Assembly (NCBI GenBank): GCA_012295275.1 | Contig: CM022670.1 | Location: forward strand, 13,330,001-13,394,000 | Reading direction: 5' to 3' | Source of the DNA: Chrysomallon squamiferum | Lineage: Eukaryota > Animalia > Mollusca | Length of the DNA: 64,000 nt | Shown here: in pieces, positions 49,138 to 62,196 of the stretch | Numbering within the stretch: the stretch's first letter is position 1 | How the letters are laid out: each line of letters starts with the position of its first letter | Made by a program: the position numbers and the translations under genes | Notes under the pieces: model-generated | The model's input: only the letters and a program-made list of their open reading frames with translations | The model's database searches: none | Told to the model about the DNA's origin: nothing

Positions 49138-52100
49138 ATGCATATACATGTGCTTCAGATTTTACTTTCATTTTTGTTTTAAATTTATCTTTTTATTTCT
49201 GATATTATTTTTAAATTATTATTCAAAAAGTTTTTATTTTCAGTTAAATAACATTTTGTTGCCTAGAGTGATTTTATCTGTTTTACCAACAAGTATTGCA
49301 AATCTGCAGTCAGACAGACAAAGTTCACCATGGAGTTTTGCTCTAAGTCTTGCCTACTTGTTTGCAGGTATATTGGCTATAGTTTGTAGCTCTAAAGTTA
49401 AAACTGTCATTCTTTATTTTATTAGTGCACTGTATATAATTATATCTTCTGTTCAGAAGAATTCTTCATCATTTCCATTTTCTCATTTTTCTAATACTTA
49501 AAGAATGAAATATAAATTGAGAGGTTAATAATGCTACTAATTAAAATTAATTAATTTATTTGTAATTGTTATATTTTTATATTTTCTTCTTCTTTTGCTT
49601 TTTCTTTTATTTATAATTTTCAATATATTGAAAGAACAAAACAAAAGGAAAAAAAAAGAACAAGTAACAAAAAAGAAGCCTCATATTATTTTATTCTTTC
49701 AAACAGGTGATATTCTACCAACAGGAGCATTCCTTAAATTGAAATTAAGTTTGTTACTAAGTTTGGCTGTAGCAGCAAATGTAAGCTGTATTTTTAATAA
49801 TGTATTTTAGATCACAACATTATATGTAATTCTAATATGATCAGGAAGATAAGTATTAAGTTTAAATTAGTTCAAAATACAATTATATTTCTATAAGTAT
49901 TTAGAAATTTTTCCCTCTTCATGTTATATCTTGAAACTGGTTGTAAATCACTAGATTTTAAGCAAATAAAAAGTATATCTTAAATTTGAGTTTAATGAAT
50001 TTAGTATATTTTTCCAATGTTTTGTCCATTATATATATATATATATATTTATTTTTATTTTTATTTTGTTTATTTATATATCAATTTAGGATTGAATAAT
50101 AAGACTTATCAAACCTTTTGATCATAGGAAAAACCATTGCATATTCTTGCTATTGGAAAAGAAACACAATTGCTACACAGACTGATGGAATATGGCAAGA
50201 ACTTTTCAGATCAATGTATTACATATACTGCTGGTAACTTTCTCACTGGAAATGTAGCAAATGATCGACATGAAATATCTCAGTATTTCATTGAAGGTAA
50301 TTATTTTAATATACAGTAATTAAACCAATGCTATATGACATGTTTTGATAACCAGTGAAAAACCAGTCAAAAGTATTCAGCATTAAATAAAATAAAATTA
50401 TTCATAGTTCATTATTTTTATTATTACCTTCATTTATTAGCTATAGGCATATGGTGCTTAATATCTGTTCATAGACGTTGCCTCTGGTCTTCTCAAACCT
50501 TTCCTTTCTAGTTTGAATTGTGAATGCATGTGCATACCTGGCTTAATCCTATATTCAGCCTAGAAAAAATATTCTGACATGTTTAGAAGTTACAGTCCAT
50601 ATCCTATGACTGGTATATCTAAGGCCATGGTGTGTTGACATTGCATGATGGCAGAGGCTCCTTTTCTGTTAAAATATTCATTATATATATATAAAAAAAT
50701 AATAATAATAAAAACAAAATAAACTCAGTAATAGTTATTAAAGTAAATATTTAGTGAAATATGATTATAACACTATTCATTTATTCCTTCCCAGATTTTA
50801 GTTTCTTGGATTTTTTTTCAGCTGGATGTTTGATGCTAGCATCAGGTGGTATATGTTGTATAAATGATTTGTCAAGACTGAAAAAGTCAGCACGAGAACA
50901 GTTACAGTCAGGTTGTTATATTTATCAGACAAAAATCAGGGCGGGGAAGGGTTATGTGAATAAGGGAACATTGTTTCTTGTCTTCCAGGGTTTATGTTCA
51001 ATTTATTTATTAAATGGAGATGTTAATAATGGTACTAATTAAAATTAGCTCATTTATTTGATATAATTATATCTTTATATTTTCTTCTTCTACTTCATTT
51101 TTTATTTCTTTTTATAATATATTTAATAAAATCTTTAACACATGCCTAATCACCTAATCCCATTTTCAACACATTACTTTTAATTCAGTAATATGTGTAA
51201 TAAAATATATAATTAGTCAAAGATTTTAAAAACATTTAAAATTAATTAATGGGTGTTTTTTTTATGAACTTAACATGTTATACACTAAAAGTAGAATTTT
51301 TCATGAAAATAAGTCTTCTTTTTTTTGTTTCTTTTTTTCTATTGTTTACTTTCTTCATTATTTTATGAGATATAAATATGGTTTATTAAAAACTTTATTT
51401 ATCAAATTGTCTTTGTAAATCTGTAAAATACAATGTTTCAGCACTTGGCAGCAACAAAGTCAGCTTGGAGCTGGGTTCAAAGCACACTGGAGGACTCCCT
51501 CAGTATTTAACCTATTCTCTCCAGTGTCATGTGTGGGCATTTGCTGACTCATCTACTCATAAAAAAGCAACAAACCAGAATGATGTCTTCATACTTGGTG
51601 ATACAGGAAACATATCAAAACCTTTGTTGGAGTAAATAGTCTTATAAACTTATTTAAACATCTACTAACATGTATGTGTCTGTTTTGTGTGTGTGTGTGT
51701 GTGTGTGCATTATTACCTGTCTGGGTGTTGTGTTTATATTATTGGTTTATATGTCTATGCAGCTATTGTTTAGATAGGTATTATTTTAATTTCATGAAAC
51801 ACATGCATGATATGTTGTTTTTTCTTTTTTTAATTGTACAGTAATGATTACATTACTATTATTACTATTTCCACTGTAGTGCATTTGGGTTGGTCCTGTT
51901 CACAGATGCAGCAGACAAAGCTTCTGCTGATGACTTTGATAATCAAATGACTTCCTTCACACTTTACTCAGCCATGAACTCAGGAGAAATTAAAAATGAA
52001 ATACCTGTCACTAGAAATGATTTTATAGAGGTAATTCTCTTATTTAAAATTTATGTTTTAATTCTTTAATATTAATTCCCATTCTAGGTAACATCACATG

Positions 52101-53353
52101 ATTCTGGTAAATAAAATAGTTCCTGGCATTTTGGAAAGTTAATTTTTTTTTTTTCTTGACTTTTATGTTAATTTACTTTAACAGTGAGATTGGATCTCAA
52201 AATATAAAATTTATAAATTCCTTACAAGTATTTTCAAATATGTTTATGCTATTTGTCATGTTGATATTTTTCTAATTTTATTCTAATGTCTGAAAAATTT
52301 AAATTTATTATCCAGGCATTATAAAATACACTTGTATTAGATGGGATGGTGATATATGAGCTGTTATTAGTTTTTCAGATACATCAAGAGAATACATACT
52401 AGGATGTCATTGACTGCAGAGAAATTGCTACAGAATTATTATTTGACTTGTAGAAAAGATAGAAGTTCTAGAGGTCGACAGTACAGAGGTTCCAGTTACT
52501 GCACTACAGACTTTGTGAGTAACACTTTGTTAGTTTTCTGTCATTGCTGATGAATATTTTAATTGTTTAAAAGTTGAATTTTATTATTTTTTTTTAATTC
52601 TTAGAAGGGAAATTTTATTTTGATGTTTTTATTTCAATCATATAAAAAGTTTAGTTCAGTTTTTGTCTGTAAAAGTTGAAAATATCTTGACACTTCATTT
52701 CATTTTTAATAGGATATCTCTTTCACATGGGCATGCTAAACTGAACTTAAGGAAAACAGTTCTGGAAGAAGATGCTGTGATGGCTATCAGACTTTATGAA
52801 GAAACATTAACAGCCAGATTAGGCATTTATTAATTAATTAATTTATTTATTTATTTTTATATAAAACCTTCAATTTTTTTTTCAAAAGTTAATTACTGAA
52901 GCAGAAAAAAAAAGTTAAATAAAAATATAATTTTAATACAAAATTTACATTTTCAGAATTTTAACATTAATTAACGAGATTCTGGAATAATAAAAATGCA
53001 ACGATTTTTTTTTTTTTTTTTTTTAGGTTTTTCTATTTTAAGTGTCCAGCCATGCCCACATATACCAGTCAGTAATGTTGATCATCATCTTGGACACGAG
53101 GTAGAAAACAATAAATTTTATTTCAGTATAATGTCCACACATACATACCAACACAGAGTTATTCCATCAGGTAACTGGTGTTTGTGTGTGTGTGTGTGTG
53201 TGTGGTGTATGTATATATTTACAAGAAAACAATCTATTTTTATTTTTATAAACTACATTATCAACTGCTGTTATTTTTCAGAATGATGTGGCAATGAAAG
53301 AATTTCATGGTCATTTGCTCAAAATGTGTGGATCTGGAAAAACTGAAGAATAA
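44993..53353 (+). CDS. MCMDC2: Minichromosome maintenance domain-containing protein 2; two apparent frameshifts
   Basis: Exons 44993-45106, 45232-45292, 45550-45608, 46214-46320, 46593-46697, 47111-47215, 47632-47699, 48059-48157, 48521-48616, 48859-48876, 49244-49367, 49707-49780, 50128-50296, 50822-50911, 51442-51631, 51880-52030, 52371-52514, 52713-52822, 53027-53100, 53282-53353. Motifs: EYLDISG, KYTQSTKYLC, YIRVHIPGASETQTIRNDFKCRLC, SSPWSFA, EAGCLMLASGGICCINDL (degenerate MCM Walker B), HAKLNLRKTVLEEDA. Confidence 0.9.
45357..45433. repeat. (CA)n microsatellite (a second one at 49081-49132)
   Basis: Direct inspection; intronic in MCMDC2. Confidence 0.9.
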
Positions 53354-53523
53354 ACTGTTATGAAAATGAATTTTGTTCCTTGGTTTTCTTCATGCTTACT
53401 TGGCTCAAGCAGTGTGAAAACTAATTTTTTACTTTACAATCAGTTTGTAAAAAAATTTACATGTTTGTAGAAAACATATTATCATTACATAATCTGATCA
53501 AATATTTTTAGAGTTTCAAACAA

Positions 53524-53561
<38 letters not shown>

Positions 53562-54244
53562 ACTACATCTTCAATCTGACAGAATGCAGAATCAAGAAAT
53601 CTTCATTAAATGAATTCAGAACATTTATAAAACAACATTCTTACCTTTAGTTAAATAAGAAAACGTTTTTGATTACTTGTTTTTAAAATGATTCTCATCT
53701 TTTTATGCATTTTCAACTAGGAATGAGTTATTACTGTAAATTATCTTTTCAGATTTATTTTGTTTCTGACATTTTTATGGTAATGTTTAGTTGTTGTTTT
53801 TGTTTTTTTTAATTAGAATATTTTTAATACAGTTTTTAAATGAAAACTTAATTGTGAACATTTTTGTTAGACATAAATAATTTAAATTTGGACACTTAAT
53901 TTGGAGTTTTAGGGATAAGAGTTATGATTTAAAATTACTTACTATTTTATTGAACTTGATTATTATTTCTTTTAATGTATTACATGTTAAAAATGGATTT
54001 AAAAATATATATATAAAAAAAATTGTTTTCTTTATTCCATGATGGTAAAATGACAAATTTGAAAGTTTATTTCCATCCACAAATTTCCTCAAGCATCAAT
54101 TTTAGTTTATATTAGTGGTGGTAAAACACTCCTTCATAAGCTAGGAATGTCTTTATGTGAAAAAGTATAATGAATTGGAATATAGAACCACTTCTTAAAT
54201 AGACAAACAACAAAATGAAAAAGATATAATTTTATTTTAGGAAG

Positions 54245-54560
54245 TAAATATATAATACACAAATAATAAAAAGTTAAAGTAACACAAAATTAAAGAACAC
54301 AAAAATTAAAGTAATACAAAAATTAAACACTAAGAGATAATAATAATAAATGCACAAACCAAGTTTACATTATAAAATACAATTATTCATCAAAACTAAT
54401 TCATTTTCATTTTTGGAATTAAATGTATAATACACAAATAAATTAGAAAAACCAATAATGAAAAGTTAAAGAAACACAAAAATTAAACAACAACAATAAT
54501 AAATGAATAAATACAAATTTATATTTATAAAAGGCATCAAAATTAATTCATTTTCAAAAT
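54245..54560. repeat. Degenerate ~175-bp AT-rich tandem duplication
   Basis: Two collinear blocks each running TATAATACACAAATAA...AAAAGTTAAAG...AAAATTAAACAC...AATAATAAATG...CATCAAAA.TAATTCATTTTCA. Confidence 0.6.
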
Positions 54561-56823
54561 ATATTTTTATCCTGCAATATCTGATCATCTTATTGATTTA
54601 TTATGAAATTATATTATTTATACAATGAAAGGGTTGTTGTAAAAGAAAAAAGACAAAAATGAAAAATATTTTGATGAAATTAGACTAGATATTTGAATAA
54701 TAACTAGAGAAATATTTATCCTGTACATGTTGTGTATCAACTGGTGTATGTTTAACAATGCTATATAAATTAAACCATTTAGATGGCTAAAACATTTAGT
54801 TCCAGTTTTAAATTCATGCTTAATTTCTTGAATGTTAAGAGAATCAACATTTAACAATGGCAAGATGTGACAAACTGGTATTAAATAAAATAATAACACA
54901 GAATTCCAGGCAAATGTAATTATGATAGTTTCTTCCTAATCTGTTATGTTGTGGAAATAATATATTCTTTTCTTTTTTTTTTTTTCAACTGAATTAACAA
55001 ATTATATACTATTAAAGAAATTTTATGACTAGCCAAAATTTGTTGTTTTTACTTATAAAAACACATGCAAACTCTATTAACCTCTAACTTGATAAAAATT
55101 TATACAACTTTTAAACAGAAAATATAAAAGGGACATGAATTGATTTGTAAAAAGTATATTTCTGGGTTATATCACACATCAAACATTCTAAGTTAATGCC
55201 TGATTCTTTTGTCCAGTAAAATTGGTTTATCTGTTTATTTTATCAGTTTCATGAACAAGATACCAGATGAACATAAATTTAATATCATCTCTTTCTTAAT
55301 TATTACCCTGTATCCTCTAACAAAATGTTATTGTACTGAACATTTTTCTTAATCCATATTTCCTGTTCCCTTTCCACCAGTTTGCATTTGGCTAGTTTTT
55401 GATACTGACCTGCAGAGCTAGCTTCATGTTAAGCCCCAGCTGATAACTTTTTAATCTTTCAGACATTTGTTCTCAAGTAGGCACAAAAAAACAACAACAA
55501 CAAAAAAAAAAAAAAAAAGTATTGTTCCACTAAATTCTTAATCCTATAATGTCAGCAATGTTGTTCTATCTGTTGCAATAAAGAAAATATAACTTTAAAT
55601 GATAACGTACAGAAATAAAAACATTCTGAGCAGTTACTACAAACCGTAGTGTAAAAGACTGCTTTATGACAAAACCCAGTGTTAAAATTATTTATTATGC
55701 AAACAATTATCACCTTAAAAATACTTGTATAACTAAGTAATAGCGATGAACATAAAAATGAAGTACTAGTTGAAAAACTTCTCAAAAATGTATAAAAGAT
55801 AAATAAAATAATTTTGCTTTTATTTACTAATTATTCTATACAAGTAAATTGAATAAATTTGTTATTTTAGAAAAACTAATAAAAATTGTACCTTAATTTT
55901 ATGATAAAAATATATTTTTTGTTGTATTTAACAAACAAAATTTAATTACACCTCATGTTTCTATATTTAAAAAAGAAATTATGATCATTATGCCCATATT
56001 ATTCCATCAATACCATAGAATTTATTTCTAACCTTAAAAACATTAAAAAAATGAAAGAAAAACAAAAGCAACAAAATTAAATGATTAAAGTCACAATTGT
56101 TACATCATTTTTCTGCGATTTATTATGCACTTGTAGATTATGATTCAGAAAGAACAAACAAAATTTAACAACATTAGTTAGAAATAAGTTAAAAGTTTAT
56201 GACACAATAAAAAGGTTAAAAAAAGAAAGAAAAGATACTGGCCTTAACAATTTTTCAAATCTTTTACAAATTATCAAGGTATGCATGTAGTTGTACAAGA
56301 AGATTTCAGATATGTAAAAAAACATAACTGGAATTAATAATGCAGTGATTATCAATATATCATCATAATACAAAATATAATAATTTAAATTTTTTTAACT
56401 GATTAGACTTGAAGACAGTTTGTATGACTTGGAAATCCTGATATCAGTATTTGATCCAATCCTGAAATTTTGTTTCATTTATTTGTTTAATTTATAATCA
56501 ATATATAGCTATCTGTAATCCATCTACAGACACACATATATGACAATATATTTTTTTAATTTCAAGGTTCAAATTCTAATATATATATGAATATATCTAG
56601 ATATAAAATATATGTTATGTTTATGTCATTTAATTTATTTCATGATACAATGAGGTTGTTTTTTACTTTTAAAATTTCAAGCTATAATCTGTATATAATT
56701 TTTCCATTTAAGAAATACATTATCTGCATATATTATTCTCAAAGATAGAGGAAGTTTTCTTTTCTTTTAAGAATTCAAATAAAAAATGTACATGTCTCAG
56801 AAATTTTACAACACATAAATATA

Positions 56824-58793
56824 TTATTTTGTGACAGGATCTTCAACCAGTTTGTTGTGAACATGCATCAAACCTTTGAAATATTTGACTGTTTTCACAC
56901 GAAGCTCTAAAGTAGCATCCTCGTCACAAATGAAAATTGATTTGGGATGTTGTTGGAAAGCTGACACCGTCCACATGTGGTTGATGCCTTCTTCAATGGC
57001 TTTGTGCAATGCAAATGCTTTGTGAGAACCAGTTATCAAAATCATAACCTGAAATAATAACACAGGAAAATAAATATTCAAGAGAAAGATACTGCATGAT
57101 TACCATTGTTGATAATTTTATAAAGTTAATTAACAGTATCAAAGTGAACTTAATTTGAACTGGGTTAGCCATTTGAAGAAACATATGTATATTTACTCCA
57201 ATGTTAGTGAGCCAGTCATCAGGAGAAAACACATTCATCAGATTATATTTACAATTAAAACAAATGAACATGTTTGTTTGATCATACACACAGGTATTTA
57301 AGATATCTATTAAAACAGTGTTGTTAAAGTTAACTGATTTAATAATACATATTTTAATTGTAATTAAAAAGCTATGAAATCCAGGCCCTGAAAATTTTAA
57401 TGTAAAATAAATTTCTAACCTCCTGAGCATCCATAACTGTTCCCACTCCAACTGTCAGAGCCTCGGTTGGTACTTTGGAAATATCACCATCAAAGAATCT
57501 GGCATTAGCTTGTATTGTGTCCTGGTTTAGTGTCTTTACGCGTGTCCGTGAGACCAGACTTGAACCAGGCTCGTTGAATGCTATGTGACCATCTGGACCT
57601 ATCCCTGAAAAGGCCAAATATATAACTATTATAATGTCATGGATACAAATATTTAAACAAATACAAATGTTACAGATAATTGAAAACTATGGGACAGTTC
57701 CTTAAAACAGTCAGTTTGTTATGTGATCTTCTTAAATTATTGAAAATAAAACAGTTGATACTAAGTTTCAGGCCAAAAAAAAAAAAAAAAAAAAAACCCC
57801 AGAATAACTTGTTATTTTTCATTTTGTTATTTCATATATTTGAAAATGAAACAGTTACCTCCAATAAAAAGCTGAATTCCACCAGCCATTTTAATTTTTT
57901 CTTCAAATTCCTCACATTCTTTCACAATATCTTTGGCATTTCCATCAAGGATGTGAGCATTTTCTGGCTGTATGTCAATGTGCTTGAAGAAATTCTGCCA
58001 CATAAATGTGTGATAACTCTCAGGATGATTCCTAGGCAAGGCTGCAAATAATGGCAAATAAGTTTCCTGTTTTTACACAAATAGTGGAAATATATTTGCC
58101 ATAAGCAAAGTCAAATATTCTTTCTCATGTAAATAACAATAAATTTAATGTTGAAACATTTTAATTTAATTACATTTTGTGACATATTTCAAAAACTTTA
58201 TTGAATCATTTATTTATTTTTATTATTTTAAAAATTATTTTTGGCAAAGTAAATCTTACAGAGTAAACAGATTTATTATCAAAAATAGAAATATTATAAC
58301 AATATAGGCCTTACTCATTAACTAGAAAAACTGAGTCATTATTGAACTGTGGATATTAATAATCAAAAATATTCCCCTAATGAAAACAATGGCAGCCATT
58401 TTTGTTTACTGTTAATTTCTCAAAAGAAAAAAAGAGAAAATAAAATAAAAAATAATTTAAAGGATCTGTTATGTGCTTATTCAAACAAAATCACACATAG
58501 TGGCATTTGATATATATTTTGTGTCACTGTTTGGAATGGGAAATAACAGGGCATACTATCAAGGACAAAATCACATTCATTAATTATCAGATGACCTATA
58601 GATGTCACAGGAGACACATTTCAAAGACTTTAAAACATTACTTACCAACATATTCATCCATATTAAATGTCTTCACATATTTAAAAGACAGTTTTCCTTC
58701 TTTGTGAAACTCAATCAGCTTCCGATACATACCAAGTGGGGTACTACCTGCATGGAAGAAAAAAATATATTAAAAAAAGGAAAAAGTGAAAAA

Positions 58794-58824
<31 letters not shown>

Positions 58825-58839
58825 ATGATAATGATAATA

Positions 58840-58896
<57 letters not shown>

Positions 58897-59147
58897 TATG
58901 ACTTATACAGGTTTCCTAGAAATTTAATGAAATAGTATAAACAACCTGAATAAATCCACTTGAAAATGTATGTAATAAATATTAAAGATATTGTAAGGCA
59001 ACTACAGAAAAATAATGCGTCACCTGTTGGAAGACCCAAAGTGAACAATTTGTCAGGCCCAGGATTGAAATCCAGAATTCTTCGACGAACATACTTTGCT
59101 GCCCACAGGGAAACATCATCATATGTGTCCAAAATCACCAAACGCAT
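56824..59147 (-). CDS. GNPDA: Glucosamine-6-phosphate deaminase (GNPDA1/2 co-orthologue)
   Basis: Exons 59147-59024, 58747-58646, 58041-57859, 57604-57420 and 57048-56824 give 272 aa. Motifs: [57 protein letters not shown]. Confidence 0.97.
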
Positions 59148-59268
59148 CTAAAAACATATATTTGAATACAAGTTACATACAATACCCACTGTGATAAACA
59201 AAGAGAATTTATAAAATATTTTAGCCTTCACTGACTTAAATACACTATGCTGTGTGCAAATGTAAATG

Positions 59269-59309
<41 letters not shown>

Positions 59310-60396
59310 ATCTGTGTGCATGTGCATATAATTCTTAACAAAGATAGTGAACGTTTATGACACTAAATTAAAAACTTTGCACATGTCCATAAAATGTACT
59401 TTGTTAATACTGAAATATAAATCCATAGACAGAGAAACATTAAGATAAAATAATTATGCAACCAGGATGGCTGGTGAACTCTGGAATGTAACAACTGATA
59501 AGGTTAAGTAATCTCTAGCGATAACAACAGTTAACAAAGAATGTAAGATAACAAAGTCTAACAGTGTTAGATGATGTATACTGATACTAAAAAAATAATA
59601 CTTCTTATTCATATTGTTAATTATTATACCAGAAAATTGTACTGATAGTTTTGTTATTTCAGATTAAAATATCACAAAACAATTTTAAATGATATTTAAA
59701 TAAAATATATATATATACATATATCTTTAATTACACTCTGCAAAAATGCAACATTTATAACACCTTTTGAACTAAAAAAAAATGTACCGATTTTTTTTTT
59801 GTTTAAATGATTTTATTATTATTATTAGCAAAGTGACTTCACCTTAGAGAGTAAACAGAATTATTGTTAAACAAATATTAGCATTAATTTCCTCATGCAG
59901 TAAAATCTAAAAGCCATTAATTATTATAGTAACTATACAAAATAATTATTTGGTTTAGTTATTGTTATCTGTAAGCTTTCTCCATAGCTTTTAAAATACA
60001 CTATCATGATTATGACTTGACAATCCAAGTCAGGTTAATAATAATTATTATAATAATAACAACAGCAGTTATAGTAATTATTATTATTATTATTATTATT
60101 AAATTGTGTAATAGTAACAGGCTGAAAAATATAATGCTCGAAATTAACAATTATTTTTAAAAAAGGACACAAAGTTTAGATCCTATTTGTTTATATCAAC
60201 AGCAATATCTGTCTTTTGTCGAGCAGTATAATTTCCGATTTTGTTGTTACTTTCTAATTATTAATATTAGTCTATACTATAGACATTTAATCATATCACG
60301 AAATAGAGATCTGACAAAAGTGACATAGATCAGTTTTTTTTTTTTTTAATCAGACGTCTAATTTAATACAAATGGAGATAAAAGCTTTAGTTCTAC

Positions 60397-60600
60397 CTTT
60401 TCTGGTTTTACTGTGCCGAATACAGTTTCCAACAAATGAGAACACAATACTACGTATACAATGCCACCATGTGTTGTTCATGTGACTTGGCGAGGCACAC
60501 ATTTATATTAGGAATGCCAGAATGAGGCCCTGACGTCAGACCAATTTCGTTTGAAAACCCTGTGAGCAATCTTTCCTGCCTTGCGCGTCAGTGACTATCT
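60397..60600 (-). promoter_or_regulatory. Putative GNPDA non-coding first exon and core promoter
   Basis: Acceptor just upstream of the ATG at 59147; candidate donor AAG|GTAGAA at 60396-60395; TATAAAT on the minus strand at 60507-60501; TCATGTGAC at 60478; perfect CRE TGACGTCA at 60531-60538; CCAAT at 60541; CpG-rich. Confidence 0.5.
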
Positions 60601-61041
60601 TTAGCGCTGCTCTAACTGGCCGAAGTTTTAGAATTGCATAAAAGGATTATCTTCAGGACGTATTTCGCACTTTACCGAACATTGCCATACTAGTTCTTTT
60701 TTTACATCTGACGATCACTACGAAAATAATTCAAGTTTTTCTTGATTGTACTTTACTGCATTAGACTAATCATAATGATAAGGGTTTTCCCGTGTTCAAG
60801 AGTGTTGTTGTTGTTCTTTTACTTAAAAATATCATAAAAATCTATCAAGAGCGAAATGTTTTCTGTTATCTGTAAAAAAATAAAATAAAATAAAATAAAA
60901 ATAATAATAATAATTTAAAAAAATAAAACATGATTTGGTAGTAAACTATTATCGCTTTGGCCCTTGGGTTAGGTCACCTTTACATAACTTTTACAGTAAT
61001 TGACCAATCATAAGAAACATCTTGGTATCATTTTAAAAGAC

Positions 61042-61090
<49 letters not shown>

Positions 61091-61727
61091 GCTCTTTGGA
61101 GTGATATGAATAAGAATAAAATCAGAACAACATCAATCTTTTGATCAACTTTATATGATAACAGTCATCTTGGCCAAATACTAAAGCTACTTTAAATGTG
61201 TGTGTATGATTTTAGCATTTTTCTTCAGAACAATATCTTCGAAATATTGGACAAAAAGTAATTCCCATTTTTTTTTAGGCTGTGTTATTCATGAAATTGT
61301 GGGTTATAATGTGATACAATCATAATAATGCTATTATATTTCAAATGATTATCATCAGTTACATAAAGGACAATCACTTGCAATAATTTTGGCATGGAAT
61401 TTGTTTTATTTTTTAAAAGTTAACACATTTTTATTTATTTATTTATTTATTTATTTATTATTATTATTATTTTTTTTTTTTTTTTTTTTTTTTTTTGAAT
61501 TCATAACAAACTCATGGTACTAAAATTCACTTGCTACCTCACTGCCACCAGAACTACCGTCATAAATAGATCACAAGAACTCTGTAATAAAAATTAAAAT
61601 TATTTAATTACAATTGCCAGTTAATAACTTGTAATAAACACGTTTAAATTCATTTAAAATTGTTCATAAATGTTATAATACGTTAACGATGATCAGTTTA
61701 CGACTACCAGAAACGTGACAAAACAAA

Positions 61728-62165
61728 ATGGCTTCCACTAGCAGACAGTGTTCGGTTCTTTTCCGAAAATTACTAAATATTTCCGGCCACATTAAACCTA
61801 CCAACTTCAATCAGCACCTTTTAAGAACAAATAGCACAATCAGACAAAGAAGCCTGCAATTTTCAACATTTAAAGCTGGTGCAATACAATGGTTTAATCA
61901 ATTTGTTTTAAAGAATCGTTCGGTTTATCTCAAAGCTTTAGGTGTAACATGTGTCGTCTGCTATAGTAGTGTGGCGTTTTGTTTTTCTGGAAGCGACAAC
62001 CGTACGTACTTAAAATTATATAATTATTTATCAGAAGTATCATATGATCTTCGTTCTTTCATTTCATTTCTTCCAACATTTCGATTATTTCCAGTATTTG
62101 TTTCAGAAACGCAGTAACATACATCATGCAAAATGAATAATCTGACGCAATGTGTAGTCTGTCTG

Positions 62166-62196
<31 letters not shown>

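Noticed and set aside
48571-52476. Programmed ribosomal frameshifting as the explanation for the frame switches
   Set aside because: There is no X XXY YYZ slippery heptamer, shifty stop or evident stimulatory structure. A shared GA-unit deletion is more parsimonious.
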